A stretch of DNA of 64,000 nucleotides. It comes from an uncultured Bacilli bacterium (lineage in GTDB: Bacteria; Bacillota_I; Bacilli_A; RF39; UBA660). The stretch is from contig CALVIZ010000001.1 of the NCBI GenBank assembly GCA_944331865.1, positions 18,766 through 82,765 on the forward strand. Direction: 5' to 3'. A program made the translations under genes and the position numbers. The notes beneath the pieces were generated by a model. That model saw nothing but the letters and a program-made list of their open reading frames with translations, did no database searches and had not been told where the DNA came from. Below are positions 1 through 9,867 of the stretch, one piece after another; within the stretch, counting starts at the first letter, position 1; each line of letters begins with the position of its first letter.

Positions 1-124
1 ATACTGTTTTGACACCATTTATCTTTTTAGCATTTATAATAGCTGTTTCAACATTTTCTAAAGTTATTGATTTATTATTTTTAAACAACCAGTTTCACTT
101 TTTATATCTACATTAGAACCTATT

Positions 125-517
125 TTATAAGTATTTTTTTAAATCTTTTAAATAATTATCATTTGGTGTAGTTTTTTTATTATACTTCTTTTTATGCAAT
201 ATTAAAAACAAATTAAAACTAATATTAGAATACGCCGGAAATATTTTATATTTTTCACAATCAGATATTGCTTTAATAAAATCATCTTCTTTAAAATCAT
301 GGTCAAAAACTGCAATTTTCATATTATCAGTACTTGAGTATAATTTTGCTTTATGAACTATTTTTGATGCTGACCCACCATTTGCGTTTTTAAAATTAAA
401 ATTTACTCGTTTATTAAACTTATCACAATTATTAATTAAATTTTGAAGATAATCAAAATATAGTACTTCTTGTAATCCTTCCACGCATCCTCGATATGTA
501 ACTACAGTTTTTTGCAT
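125..517 (-). CDS. RloB-like (Toprim-related) protein, AbiLii-like partner of the adjacent ATPase; 3' end possibly decayed
   Basis: 130 aa. 'GCVEGLQEVLYFDYL' near the N-terminus and 'AYSNISFNLFLILH' resemble RloB-family motifs. Starts 15 nt after the ATPase stop. The ORF ends just after an A7 run (T-run 134-140 on +), and RloB-like C-terminal sequence (..LENVETAIINAKKING..) continues in other frames at 1-124. Confidence 0.5.
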   Translation of the reverse strand: MQKTVVTYRGCVEGLQEVLYFDYLQNLINNCDKFNKRVNFNFKNANGGSASKIVHKAKLYSSTDNMKIAVFDHDFKEDDFIKAISDCEKYKIFPAYSNISFNLFLILHKKKYNKKTTPNDNYLKDLKKYL

Positions 518-531
518 AAAACCTCCCCAAA

Positions 532-1752
532 TTATTTTATTAAATTGCTAAAATCAAAATTAGGTAATACTGTATAATTACCATTTAAATAATTTTTCAA
601 ATAAACCTGATCATTTCTAATATTATAATCATCTAAAGTATGTAAATGAGACCCATTATTATCTTTTTCAATAAATACTATTTCATCTCTTCTTAAAAGA
701 TCTTTATTTAAATAAACCGGGTTATGTGTGGTAAAAATTAATTGAGCACCATTTTTATTTATCTCTGAATCTCCAAATGTTTGTATTATATTATAAATAA
801 TTTCATGATGAATCGATGCATCCAATTCATCTATAAATATAGGACTACCATATTTTAAAGTTGTAATAAATGGATATAATAAATCAATTAATTTAATTGT
901 TCCTTTAGATTCTATTGAATTAATCGGAGCAATAATATTTATATCATCATTATTTTTATAAGATACAAAATTATTTATTTTACCATCCTCAGAATATTTA
1001 AAAATAACTTGTTCTTTTCCAACATTTAATTCTTTTAATAAATTATTTATATTTTTATCTTGATATAACATATTTTTATCATTAATTTTTATAAAATTAT
1101 TTATATTAAATTGTTCCGGATCAATAATAGTTGTTATATTAGAAAAATAAGTAATTATTTTTTCACATAATTTATTATCAACTGTAGAATACCAACTTGT
1201 AAATATATCCGTTGATTTTATATTTTCTTCAATCATTTTTACTATTATATTTTTAGAATTATCATCTAAAAGAATTTTATAATGTTCTTCAATTACTTTT
1301 TCTTCAGAAGAAAATTTAATTTTATTATTTGTTCTTTCAAAAATAATTTTTTTATTTTCTTTTAATATTTCTTTTAATATTTTACTTTCTTTCTCTTTAA
1401 AGTAATTAACAATAGATAAAAAATAATAATATTCTTTATTATCATTAATAAAAGTAATTGAAAATTCTATTGGTTTTTCATAATTATCAAAATTAGTACA
1501 TAAGTCTATGTAATCATCCCTTTGAAAGCGTACACCTTTTTTTAATATAAACATTTTTAATATATATAATGCCTCCAACAAATTACTTTTACCACAAGCA
1601 TTACTTCCATATATTACCTTAATCGGTAATAACTCATAATTTTTGATATGTATAATATGATGATTTAGTTCTCTTTTTTTACCTTTTTCAAATGAAAGAA
1701 TAGTTTTTTCTTTAAAAGTTTTAAAATTTTTAATTCCAAAATTAACTAACAT
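532..1752 (-). CDS. AAA_21/ABC-type ATPase (AbiLi-like)
   Basis: 406 aa. Walker A 'GSNACGKSNLLEAL', Walker B 'IFIDELDASIH', 'FTTHNP' switch. Long helical insert between the A and B motifs, typical of SMC-like AAA_21 ATPases paired with Toprim/RloB proteins. Confidence 0.7.
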   Translation of the reverse strand: MLVNFGIKNFKTFKEKTILSFEKGKKRELNHHIIHIKNYELLPIKVIYGSNACGKSNLLEALYILKMFILKKGVRFQRDDYIDLCTNFDNYEKPIEFSITFINDNKEYYYFLSIVNYFKEKESKILKEILKENKKIIFERTNNKIKFSSEEKVIEEHYKILLDDNSKNIIVKMIEENIKSTDIFTSWYSTVDNKLCEKIITYFSNITTIIDPEQFNINNFIKINDKNMLYQDKNINNLLKELNVGKEQVIFKYSEDGKINNFVSYKNNDDINIIAPINSIESKGTIKLIDLLYPFITTLKYGSPIFIDELDASIHHEIIYNIIQTFGDSEINKNGAQLIFTTHNPVYLNKDLLRRDEIVFIEKDNNGSHLHTLDDYNIRNDQVYLKNYLNGNYTVLPNFDFSNLIK

Positions 1753-1833
1753 AATTATCTTCCCCTCTTTTATAATATATACTAAAAAGTCAAAAAAATC
1801 AATAAATTTACGAAAAAATCGTAATTTTATTGA

Positions 1834-2538
1834 CTATTTTTTCTTTATCTTAAACATAAATTTAATATTATTATTCCAGAATCTTTTAATTCTCTTTGGT
1901 TCTTTAACTATTCTATATAACCATTCTAAATTTAATTTAATAAATATCTTTGGTGCTCTTTTTTTACTTCCGCTAAGTACATCAAAAGATCCACCTACTC
2001 CAATATATATACCTTTTTTTACTTTATCAAAATATTTATAAATCAATTTTTCTTGTAAAGGAATACCTAAAGCAACCATACATATATCTGGTTTTAAATT
2101 AATTATTTCATTCATTGCTTTATCTTTATCTTCAACATAACCATTTTTATAACCAAGTATCTTAATATTTTGATATTCACTTTTAATTTTATCAACTAAT
2201 AAACCAATAACATCTTCTTTAGCTCCAAATAAATAAATTGAATAACTATTTTCATTAGCAACATTTAATAAATACTCTGCAATATCTATTCCTGTAATTC
2301 TTTCATTTACATTAATGCCTAGCTTCCTTGCAGCCTTTACAACAGCAATACCATCAGGAACAAAACTATAATTACCATCAAGAATATTTTCTAATTCCTT
2401 ATCTTTTTCACTCATCATTAAAGTTTCCGGATTAACAGTAATTATAAATCTTTTCTTTTTACTATTTAAATCATTATCTAATTCTTTATAATAGCTATCT
2501 TTACTATCTTTATATAGTTTTTTTAAATATTCTTGCAT
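1834..2538 (-). CDS. tagA: WecB/TagA/CpsF-family glycosyltransferase (N-acetylmannosaminyltransferase-like)
   Basis: 'ITVNPETLMMS...FVPDGIAVVKAARKLG...GVGGSFDVLSG..RAP' are typical TagA-family blocks. Likely start is the ATG at 2538, preceded by AAAAGGAGAA; the track ORF extends to 2577. Confidence 0.75.
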   Translation of the reverse strand: MQEYLKKLYKDSKDSYYKELDNDLNSKKKRFIITVNPETLMMSEKDKELENILDGNYSFVPDGIAVVKAARKLGINVNERITGIDIAEYLLNVANENSYSIYLFGAKEDVIGLLVDKIKSEYQNIKILGYKNGYVEDKDKAMNEIINLKPDICMVALGIPLQEKLIYKYFDKVKKGIYIGVGGSFDVLSGSKKRAPKIFIKLNLEWLYRIVKEPKRIKRFWNNNIKFMFKIKKK

Positions 2539-2552
2539 AGTTCTCCTTTTTA

Positions 2553-4100
2553 TTAACAAATACCATTCAAAATACAATCATCATAAAATATCGATCTTTT
2601 GTTCATTTCATCCATAAAATAATAATAATCATATTTTTCTATTAATGTCTCTTCACCACTAAAAAGATTTACTCCCAAACCAAGTTTATTTCCTTCAATT
2701 TCAACGCCTAAAGAAGCTAAAGTTGTTGGATATAAATCAAAAGAACTAAACATCCTATTTTTATAGTATTTATCATCTTCTGCTTCTATAGCAGAATTAA
2801 TAAAAGCATTATATATTGTTCTTTGATAATCACCAATATTATCAAAGGAATAATTATTCATACTTAAATGATCACCTACAATTACTACTGTTGTATTATC
2901 ATAAAATTCTTGTTCTTCTAACCAAGATATAAATTCTCCTAATTGATAATCACTACAAGCCATTGCATTTAAATAAGGATTGTCAGATACTTCTTCGCAA
3001 AAATCACTTAAATAACCATCTGGAGTATGAGTATCAACAGTAAGCATTGTAAAATTAAATGGTTCAGAATTTTGAGATATTTCAATTAATTTTTCTTTGG
3101 CATATTCATATAAAATCTCATCTTCAAATCCCCAAAACACATAATAATCTTCGTCTATTAATCCATCTTCTATAGCTTGATAATAATCAAGTATTTCATA
3201 ATTACCATGATTTTCAAAATAATTATCTCTTCCCGCAAAAGCAACATCAGATCCCATCATAATATAATTTTTATAACCATTATCTTCCAATATTTCTCCA
3301 ATACTATATGCACCAGGAAATAAAACATTATAATAATCTGACATTAAATTTCCATCAAAAACAGTTTTTATCGGAACACCAGCAGTTTGAGCAAGCATTC
3401 CAGCAATTGTCCATGTTGTGCCATAAATAGCATATGCTCCACCTAAAAGTTCAGAGTTAGAAAAAGAAATATTATCTTGGGCAATTTTTGTTAATTCCGG
3501 AATATAATTTTCTTCATATGCACCACCATTTTCTTCAGAAGAATATGTCGCCTCCATAGATTCAACAAAAATATAAATTAAATTTCTTTTCTCTTCAGGA
3601 AAAGTTAATGCTACATTTTCTGGATTTATATACTCATTTTTTATAAATTCAGAAGTTATCGAATTATTTTTTAAATAATCAAAAAATAATAAATCATTAC
3701 CAAATTTCACAAATGAAATTACCAACATACAAATAGGAATAATATAAGCTATTTTTTTTAATACTCTAAAAAATTTATTGTTAAATAAATTAATTTTAAA
3801 TTTCCAATGTTTCGGAATAAACTCAAAATTTAAATAAACCTCATATTTTTTATCATAAGTTTTATAAATGATAATAATTAATATTACAACCAATAATATT
3901 ACAAAAGGAAATAAAACATTATTAAAAATAAAATCTGGAATTAAATTTTGTCCGGCATTTAATACTGGAGAAGTCAAAGTATATAATATTTCATCAAATG
4001 ATGTAAAAGCAAAAGTTTTTTTTGCCCATTCAACACTAAAATATATTACTATTGATAACCACATCAATAACAATTCTATGATTAAAATTGCTTTTTTCAT
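2553..4100 (-). CDS. LTA synthase-family / sulfatase-domain phosphotransferase (short LtaS paralogue)
   Basis: 515 aa. N-terminal TM helices followed by a sulfatase domain with 'ESMEATY', 'TVDTHTPDGY', 'VVIVGDHLSM'. Confidence 0.7.
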   Translation of the reverse strand: MKKAILIIELLLMWLSIVIYFSVEWAKKTFAFTSFDEILYTLTSPVLNAGQNLIPDFIFNNVLFPFVILLVVILIIIIYKTYDKKYEVYLNFEFIPKHWKFKINLFNNKFFRVLKKIAYIIPICMLVISFVKFGNDLLFFDYLKNNSITSEFIKNEYINPENVALTFPEEKRNLIYIFVESMEATYSSEENGGAYEENYIPELTKIAQDNISFSNSELLGGAYAIYGTTWTIAGMLAQTAGVPIKTVFDGNLMSDYYNVLFPGAYSIGEILEDNGYKNYIMMGSDVAFAGRDNYFENHGNYEILDYYQAIEDGLIDEDYYVFWGFEDEILYEYAKEKLIEISQNSEPFNFTMLTVDTHTPDGYLSDFCEEVSDNPYLNAMACSDYQLGEFISWLEEQEFYDNTTVVIVGDHLSMNNYSFDNIGDYQRTIYNAFINSAIEAEDDKYYKNRMFSSFDLYPTTLASLGVEIEGNKLGLGVNLFSGEETLIEKYDYYYFMDEMNKRSIFYDDCILNGIC

Positions 4101-4414
4101 TTCTTTTTTTCCTTTAACTTAAAACTTATTTTAAAATTGCTATGTAAAAACCTATACAATAATGGTAAAGTAATACTTATAATCAAAGCTAATATCATAT
4201 ATTTTGTACTAAAATCAATAGTAAATAAATTAATATCATATATATTTTCTTTAATATTACTTACAAAATAACTGAATAAATTTATAAACAGATTTATTAA
4301 AAAATTATATATTACATAAATTATAAACAAATCAACTAATTCTTTGTTTTTATAAATTATTTTATGTATTGCTAAAGAAATTACAGCTGGAAAAAACAAA
4401 CAAATAATTAACAT
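4097..4414 (-). CDS. small hydrophobic membrane protein, unknown function
   Basis: 105 aa with about 3 predicted TM helices. Overlaps the downstream gene start by 4 nt, suggesting operon coupling. Confidence 0.4.
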   Translation of the reverse strand: MLIICLFFPAVISLAIHKIIYKNKELVDLFIIYVIYNFLINLFINLFSYFVSNIKENIYDINLFTIDFSTKYMILALIISITLPLLYRFLHSNFKISFKLKEKKK

Positions 4415-4483
4415 ATTAAACCTCCATAACTAATTAAATAATACATATATTGTACAAAAAATCTAATCAAGTCAAATAAATAC

Positions 4484-5755
4484 TTATCTCTCATCCTTTG
4501 CTATTAAATCAATTATAGCTTTAGCTTTCTTAGACCAATCATTTTCCCTAGCTTCTTTATCTAATAATCCTATATATTTTTTATCATTTTTAAGTTTCAA
4601 AGCTTCATCTATTTTTTTAATAAATTCATCATGATTATGACCAATTAAAACACTTTTATACTTACGACATTCTGGCATATCAGTTGTAACTATTGGTTTA
4701 TGAAGTGCCATATATTCAAATATTTTAACAGGAGATGTAGCTAAAGTTATATTATTTATAACAAAGGGAATGGTTAAAACATCAGCATATTTTGCATATT
4801 CTTTTAACACTTTATAATCTCTAGGTCCCATAAAATATATATTTTTTTCATTACTTAAATTTTCATCAAAAGATTCATCATATTTAATTCCAAATAAGAC
4901 AATACTATATTTATTAGTATGAGCAAGTTTTTTGATTAAATCATAATCAAACCATTTTGCAAGTGCTCCATAATACATAATTATTGGTTTTTTCTTATTT
5001 AATATTTCTTGAAATTCATTTTCATATTTATAATTTTTATTATAAGTTTTAAAAAAGTCATAGTCTACCCCATTTGAAGAAAATACCATATTAGTTTTAC
5101 CACGCTGGCTAATTACATCTTTTTCTAAGGCATCAGCAGTAACAATTACATAAGTATTTTTATTATTCATAACATAATTATATTTATCTATTATATTTTG
5201 AGGAATATCTTTTGTTCCAGCAAGTTCAGGAGATATATCATCAATATATTCATAAATAAATTTAAAACCATTATTTATATAATTTTCTATATTTTGAACA
5301 GATAATTTCCAATCTGTTGAATACAATTGAACATATTTAGGTTTAGAAATATTTTCTAATTCATTCATTAATATTTTGTTTAATGCAATATTATTAAAAT
5401 TAATTAAATATAAGTTATTAGCATGTTTTTTTATAGTTTTTATTTTATCAGTCATAGTAGTAACTTCATAAAAAATTAAACAACCATTTTTAGCTAAATT
5501 ATTTGCTATATGTTGTGGTCTTTGAAAAAGTGGTACATTATAACCAAAAGAACTTCGCCATAATATTATTCTTTCATACTTATTTTTACTTAATATATTT
5601 TTAATTTCATTACGATATTTCTTTTTATTAAACATTACTTTAAAACTAATTTTATCCATATAATTTGCTTTTATATATGCATATAATTTTTTACAAAACC
5701 CAACAAATCCATATTTTTTATATACATTTACTAATTTAGATAATTTTTCTTTCAT
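4484..5755 (-). CDS. glycosyltransferase, GT1/GT4-like (TuaH-like)
   Basis: 423 aa. C-terminal 'ATSPVKIFEYMALHKPIVTT' is a GT-B nucleotide-sugar binding block. Confidence 0.6.
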   Translation of the reverse strand: MKEKLSKLVNVYKKYGFVGFCKKLYAYIKANYMDKISFKVMFNKKKYRNEIKNILSKNKYERIILWRSSFGYNVPLFQRPQHIANNLAKNGCLIFYEVTTMTDKIKTIKKHANNLYLINFNNIALNKILMNELENISKPKYVQLYSTDWKLSVQNIENYINNGFKFIYEYIDDISPELAGTKDIPQNIIDKYNYVMNNKNTYVIVTADALEKDVISQRGKTNMVFSSNGVDYDFFKTYNKNYKYENEFQEILNKKKPIIMYYGALAKWFDYDLIKKLAHTNKYSIVLFGIKYDESFDENLSNEKNIYFMGPRDYKVLKEYAKYADVLTIPFVINNITLATSPVKIFEYMALHKPIVTTDMPECRKYKSVLIGHNHDEFIKKIDEALKLKNDKKYIGLLDKEARENDWSKKAKAIIDLIAKDER

Positions 5756-5783
5756 CTTTAATCACCTTTAACACTAGAATAAC

Positions 5784-5811
5784 AAAAAAAAGAAACTATT
5801 ACAAGTTTCTT
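5784..5811 (-). terminator. rho-independent terminator downstream of galE
   Basis: AAGAAACT-6 nt-AGTTTCTT stem (5790-5811), followed on the minus strand by a T-run (A-run 5784-5789 on +). Confidence 0.6.
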
Positions 5812-5822
5812 AACTAAATTTC

Positions 5823-5858
5823 CAGGATAAACGCATGAGAAATTATGCGTTTATCCTG
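5823..5858. other. perfect 14-bp-stem hairpin immediately after galE
   Basis: CAGGATAAACGCAT-8 nt-ATGCGTTTATCCTG. Noticeably GC-richer than its surroundings and sits in tandem with the terminator at 5784-5811. Confidence 0.5.
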
Positions 5859-5877
5859 TCCAAATATACTCATTACT

Positions 5878-6885
5878 TTAATTTTTTTCATTTTGTTCTT
5901 GCATTAATATGAAATTATATGAATCTTTACACATATCATCTATGCCAAGTTCTGCTTTCCAACCTAGCTCTTTAAAAGCCTTAGTTGGATCAGCATAACA
6001 CTCTGCAACATCACCAGCTCTTCTTCCAACAATTTCATAAGGTATCTTAACATTATTTACTTTTTCAAAAGTATTTACTAAATCTAAAACACTATATCCC
6101 GTACCAGTACCTAAATTATAAATAAATAGTCCAGTTTCATTGTTTTCTAATGCTTTAACATGACCTTTTGCTAAATCAACAACATGAATATAATCTCTTA
6201 CTCCCGTACCATCATGAGTAGGATAATCATTACCAAATACACTTAAATGATCAAGCTTACCTACCGCTACCCTTACAATATATGGCATTAAATTATTTGG
6301 GATATCTTTTGGATCTTCTCCTAATAATCCTGCTTTTTCTGAACCAATAGGATTAAAATATCTAAGTAATGTTACCTTCCATTCATTATCAGCTTTATAA
6401 ATATCTGATAATATCCATTCATTTACTAATTTTGTTGTTCCATATGGATTAGTAGTAGAAAGTGGAAAATCTTCTTTTATAGGCAATGTTTCAGGAGTTC
6501 CATAAACAGTAGCACTTGATGAAAATACAATATTTTTACAATTGTGTTCCTTCATTACCTTTACTAAATTCATTGTTGACCCAACATTATTTTCATAATA
6601 TTCTAATGGTTTTTCTACAGATTCCCCAACTGCTTTAAGACCCGCAAAATGAATTACGGCATCAATTTTATTATCATCAAAAATTTTTGTTAGCAATTCA
6701 TAATCACAAACATCACCTTTAATAAAAGTAAACTCTTTATTTGTTAATGTCTTTATTTTATCAACTACCTCTATTTTAGAATTAACTAAATTATCAACAA
6801 TTATTACTTCATATCCATTATTAAGTAGTTCTACTACTGTATGACTTCCAATATAACCAGTTCCCCCAGTAACTAATATTTTCAT
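5878..6885 (-). CDS. galE: UDP-glucose 4-epimerase
   Basis: 335 aa. 'MKILVTGGTGYIGSHT' Rossmann fold, 'SSSATVYG', 'YGTTK' catalytic YxxxK. Full-length GalE pattern. Confidence 0.9.
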   Translation of the reverse strand: MKILVTGGTGYIGSHTVVELLNNGYEVIIVDNLVNSKIEVVDKIKTLTNKEFTFIKGDVCDYELLTKIFDDNKIDAVIHFAGLKAVGESVEKPLEYYENNVGSTMNLVKVMKEHNCKNIVFSSSATVYGTPETLPIKEDFPLSTTNPYGTTKLVNEWILSDIYKADNEWKVTLLRYFNPIGSEKAGLLGEDPKDIPNNLMPYIVRVAVGKLDHLSVFGNDYPTHDGTGVRDYIHVVDLAKGHVKALENNETGLFIYNLGTGTGYSVLDLVNTFEKVNNVKIPYEIVGRRAGDVAECYADPTKAFKELGWKAELGIDDMCKDSYNFILMQEQNEKN

Positions 6886-6950
6886 TTATACCTCCATTAA
6901 ACATATTATATTATAAGTTTAGCATATAAAATAATTTTTGTAAATTATAT

Positions 6951-6991
6951 AAAATTCGAAAACAGCTTATCATTTGCTGTTTTCGAATTTT
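6951..6991. terminator. 16-bp-stem hairpin terminator after the 117-aa membrane protein gene
   Basis: AAAATTCGAAAACAGC-9 nt-GCTGTTTTCGAATTTT, T/A-rich on both sides. Lies 2 nt after the stop at 6993. Confidence 0.65.
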
Positions 6992-6992
6992 A

Positions 6993-7346
6993 TTACTTTT
7001 TTACAATTATCATTAAAATGCCTAATAAAATCAAACCGGAACCAATTAGTTTAAATACTGTTATTTCTTCTTTAAAAAATATAAAAGCAGTAACCATTAA
7101 CAAAACATAAACTATTCCTACTGTTAACGGTGAAATAAACGACAATTCGAATTTACTAAGCAATATTGTATAAAAAACAAAACTTAATCCATATGATACA
7201 AACCCGATTAACATTAATAAAGATACATTTAAATTTATAGCTGGTACTGTAAATAAAGCCTTTACTGAATTTGATGAACCTAATTTTAATAAAGTTGAAC
7301 CACTTACAGAACAAATTACATAAAAAACTAAATACAACCAATTCAT
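6993..7346 (-). CDS. small DMT/SMR-like 4-TM membrane protein (ArnE/ArnF-like, putative lipid-linked sugar flippase)
   Basis: 117 aa with four hydrophobic helices. N-terminus 'YVICSVSGSTLLKLGS' resembles EamA/SMR-type transporters. Located inside a glycopolymer locus. Confidence 0.5.
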   Translation of the reverse strand: MNWLYLVFYVICSVSGSTLLKLGSSNSVKALFTVPAINLNVSLLMLIGFVSYGLSFVFYTILLSKFELSFISPLTVGIVYVLLMVTAFIFFKEEITVFKLIGSGLILLGILMIIVKK

Positions 7347-8410
7347 TATCTCTTATTAACCTTTCCTATAATTTGATTCATATACTTAACAGTATCTTTG
7401 CCAACATTTCCACTTAAATAAGGGTCTACTTTCCTAGTTTCTATTGAATCAATGAAATGTTTTAAAACAATTTCATGACCATATAACAAATTTCCTGTTA
7501 TCATTTTAAATCCACTTTTTATAAATTTTAGCCAAAATTGAAATGTTTTAGATAAATCGTTTTTTAATATATCTTTACTATAGTGTTCATTATCAGTCGG
7601 TAAATCAATTACAATGTCTCTAAATAAATCATATATAACTATCCTCTTTCTGAAATTAACTATATATTTCCATTCACATACTGGTGAGTTAAAATTTAAA
7701 AACATATGAACAGGAACTTGACCTGCTATTGCAGAAACACTCATTAATCTTGGAGTCTTATCATTTTTATCATCATTATATATTGCGTAAGCATTTTTTA
7801 TATTAATTTTTCCTCCATGGCGTTCTAACAAATAAATAAAATGAGCCGCTTCGTCATAAAAAAGTCCTAATGGTAATTCATTATACCAATGTGGTAGTCT
7901 TCTCTCTCTATTTGTAAATTGAACTTCAGTTATTGATAAAATATCACCATAATTTTTTTCTTCAATTATTTTGTTAATCTTATTCATGCCAGAAGTATAA
8001 TTAAAATTATGAACAACACTAAAAATTAATTTATTCTTATTTGCCAAATCTATCAATTCTTGCGCCTCATCCTCATTCATAGTCATTGGCTTTTCCACCA
8101 ATACGTCTTTCTTTAATAGCAAAGCCATTTTTACTAAAGGATAATGTTGTTGCGGTGGCGCTCCTATAACTACTGCATCTACTTCTTTAAACCACTCACA
8201 TTTCTCTACTTTTTTTATATCATTTTTAGGATCATTAACCAACAGTTTATTAACAATTTTTTGCTTTTTACAAGTATAATCCAACTTTTTAGGATTACTA
8301 CTAATAACGCCTACAATTTCTACGTTTTTTATTTTTCTCAAAGCTGGAATATGCCTTGTATTAGATATGTTTCCACCACCAATTATGCATATTTTAATTT
8401 TTTTAATCAT
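7346..8410 (-). CDS. Gfo/Idh/MocA-family NAD(P)-dependent oxidoreductase (sugar-nucleotide modifying)
   Basis: 354 aa. N-terminal 'KICIIGGGNISNTRHIPAL' Rossmann fold and 'VLVEKPM' motif. Confidence 0.75.
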   Translation of the reverse strand: MIKKIKICIIGGGNISNTRHIPALRKIKNVEIVGVISSNPKKLDYTCKKQKIVNKLLVNDPKNDIKKVEKCEWFKEVDAVVIGAPPQQHYPLVKMALLLKKDVLVEKPMTMNEDEAQELIDLANKNKLIFSVVHNFNYTSGMNKINKIIEEKNYGDILSITEVQFTNRERRLPHWYNELPLGLFYDEAAHFIYLLERHGGKINIKNAYAIYNDDKNDKTPRLMSVSAIAGQVPVHMFLNFNSPVCEWKYIVNFRKRIVIYDLFRDIVIDLPTDNEHYSKDILKNDLSKTFQFWLKFIKSGFKMITGNLLYGHEIVLKHFIDSIETRKVDPYLSGNVGKDTVKYMNQIIGKVNKR

Positions 8411-9533
8411 TTTTATTCAACTCCTTAATTACATTTTCTGCAGTTATTTTCCATGTAAAATGTTTTTTCACTCTATTATATATTTCATTTTTCATACTTT
8501 TTACCTTAGAAGGATTATCTATTAAATATTTTAAAGCATTGTAAAGTGAATTTTCATTTTCTTCGATTATAATTCCATATTTTTTATCATTAATCACTTC
8601 TTTAGTACCACCACGATCCGTAGCTATGATAGCACATTTCATAATACCAGCCTCTAATATAGATGTTGGAAGTCCTTCTGGATACATTGAAGGATTTACA
8701 AAAATGTCTGTTGAATTATACAATGACATAACATCATCATAATCTAATTTACCTTCAAAGTAAATATTTTTATTAGTGTATTTTGACTTTATTTCATTTA
8801 ATAATGGACCATCTCCAGCTATAACCAAAGTAATATTATTATATTCCTTTTGTAACTTAGTAAACGAATCCAACAATAATAATACTCCTTTTTCTTTTAT
8901 TATTCTTCCAACATAAGTTATAACTATTTTATTTTTTAAATTTCTTTTATATTTGCTATTTTCATATTTTTCATAGACATTTTCATCTACAGAATTATAA
9001 AATATTCCTGATGCTATAATCTTAAAATGCTTTAACCAATTATTACATCTTTCTGATACCCCAAAAAATTGAGGATTATATTTTTTTAATCTATTAGTTA
9101 AAAAATGTTCATACTTAGCTCCCATAAAATCCAAAATTTTATTATTAACCGTAAAATGACTACTACCATGTTCGATGACAAACATTTTTTTATTATATTT
9201 TTTAGCTATTTTACCACAAAGTATTGATGTTAAATAAAACCTTGTGTTACATATATAAAAATCACAATTTTCTTCTTCAATCATTTTTATAATTTTTTTG
9301 AATGCTTTGGTTTTCTTTAATATTGGATATTTTGATTTAACTATATTATATGTTGGCAACCTATAAATAAAACAGTTTTCTAATTGTTCATAATCAGCAT
9401 AATTATTATCATTACTACATACTACAATTACTTTATAACCTTTATTTTTTAATTCTTTAGCTAATTTATCAGTATATCTCTCAACACCACCTAGATGGGG
9501 AAGAAAAAAGCCAGTAAAAATACAAATTTTCAT
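8403..9533 (-). CDS. glycosyltransferase family 4 (GT-B)
   Basis: 376 aa. 'PEGLPTSILEAGIMKCAIIATDRGG' is the EX7E-type GT4 block. Confidence 0.75.
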   Translation of the reverse strand: MKICIFTGFFLPHLGGVERYTDKLAKELKNKGYKVIVVCSNDNNYADYEQLENCFIYRLPTYNIVKSKYPILKKTKAFKKIIKMIEEENCDFYICNTRFYLTSILCGKIAKKYNKKMFVIEHGSSHFTVNNKILDFMGAKYEHFLTNRLKKYNPQFFGVSERCNNWLKHFKIIASGIFYNSVDENVYEKYENSKYKRNLKNKIVITYVGRIIKEKGVLLLLDSFTKLQKEYNNITLVIAGDGPLLNEIKSKYTNKNIYFEGKLDYDDVMSLYNSTDIFVNPSMYPEGLPTSILEAGIMKCAIIATDRGGTKEVINDKKYGIIIEENENSLYNALKYLIDNPSKVKSMKNEIYNRVKKHFTWKITAENVIKELNKND

Positions 9534-9865
9534 TTTTTATTTTTCCTCTCCGCTTTTAGTAAAGCGATATTTTGAGCCAAATCTGTAATTTTTTCTTCTT
9601 GTTCTGCAATTTTTCTGCTACAACGAAAATTAATAAATAAAAGAAAAACAATGCAAATGGTAAAAAGTAAAGATGGGGAATAACCTATTCCTAAAAAGTT
9701 AGCCAATTTATCTAATAAATTAGGAACTATTGCTAATATCAGCATTATTAATGAAGCTAAAAACCAATAAATACTTTCCTTTATTGAAAACTTACCTTTT
9801 TTAACTTCAGCAATCACATATATAATTGCTATAAGTGCTACAATTATAAAATAAATTCGTTTCAT
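9530..9865 (-). CDS. DUF2304-like small membrane protein
   Basis: 111 aa with 3 TM helices and a C-terminal amphipathic/coiled tail. This architecture and its position right after a GT2 domain are typical of DUF2304. Confidence 0.5.
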   Translation of the reverse strand: MKRIYFIIVALIAIIYVIAEVKKGKFSIKESIYWFLASLIMLILAIVPNLLDKLANFLGIGYSPSLLFTICIVFLLFINFRCSRKIAEQEEKITDLAQNIALLKAERKNKK

Positions 9866-9867
9866 CT

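Noticed and set aside
5823-5858. 14-bp perfect-stem hairpin after galE considered as a dispersed REP-like element or small RNA
   Set aside because: Only one copy occurs in the window, and it sits in tandem with a conventional terminator. It is most simply a transcript-stabilising or terminating structure, so it is kept as a feature and not promoted to a finding.
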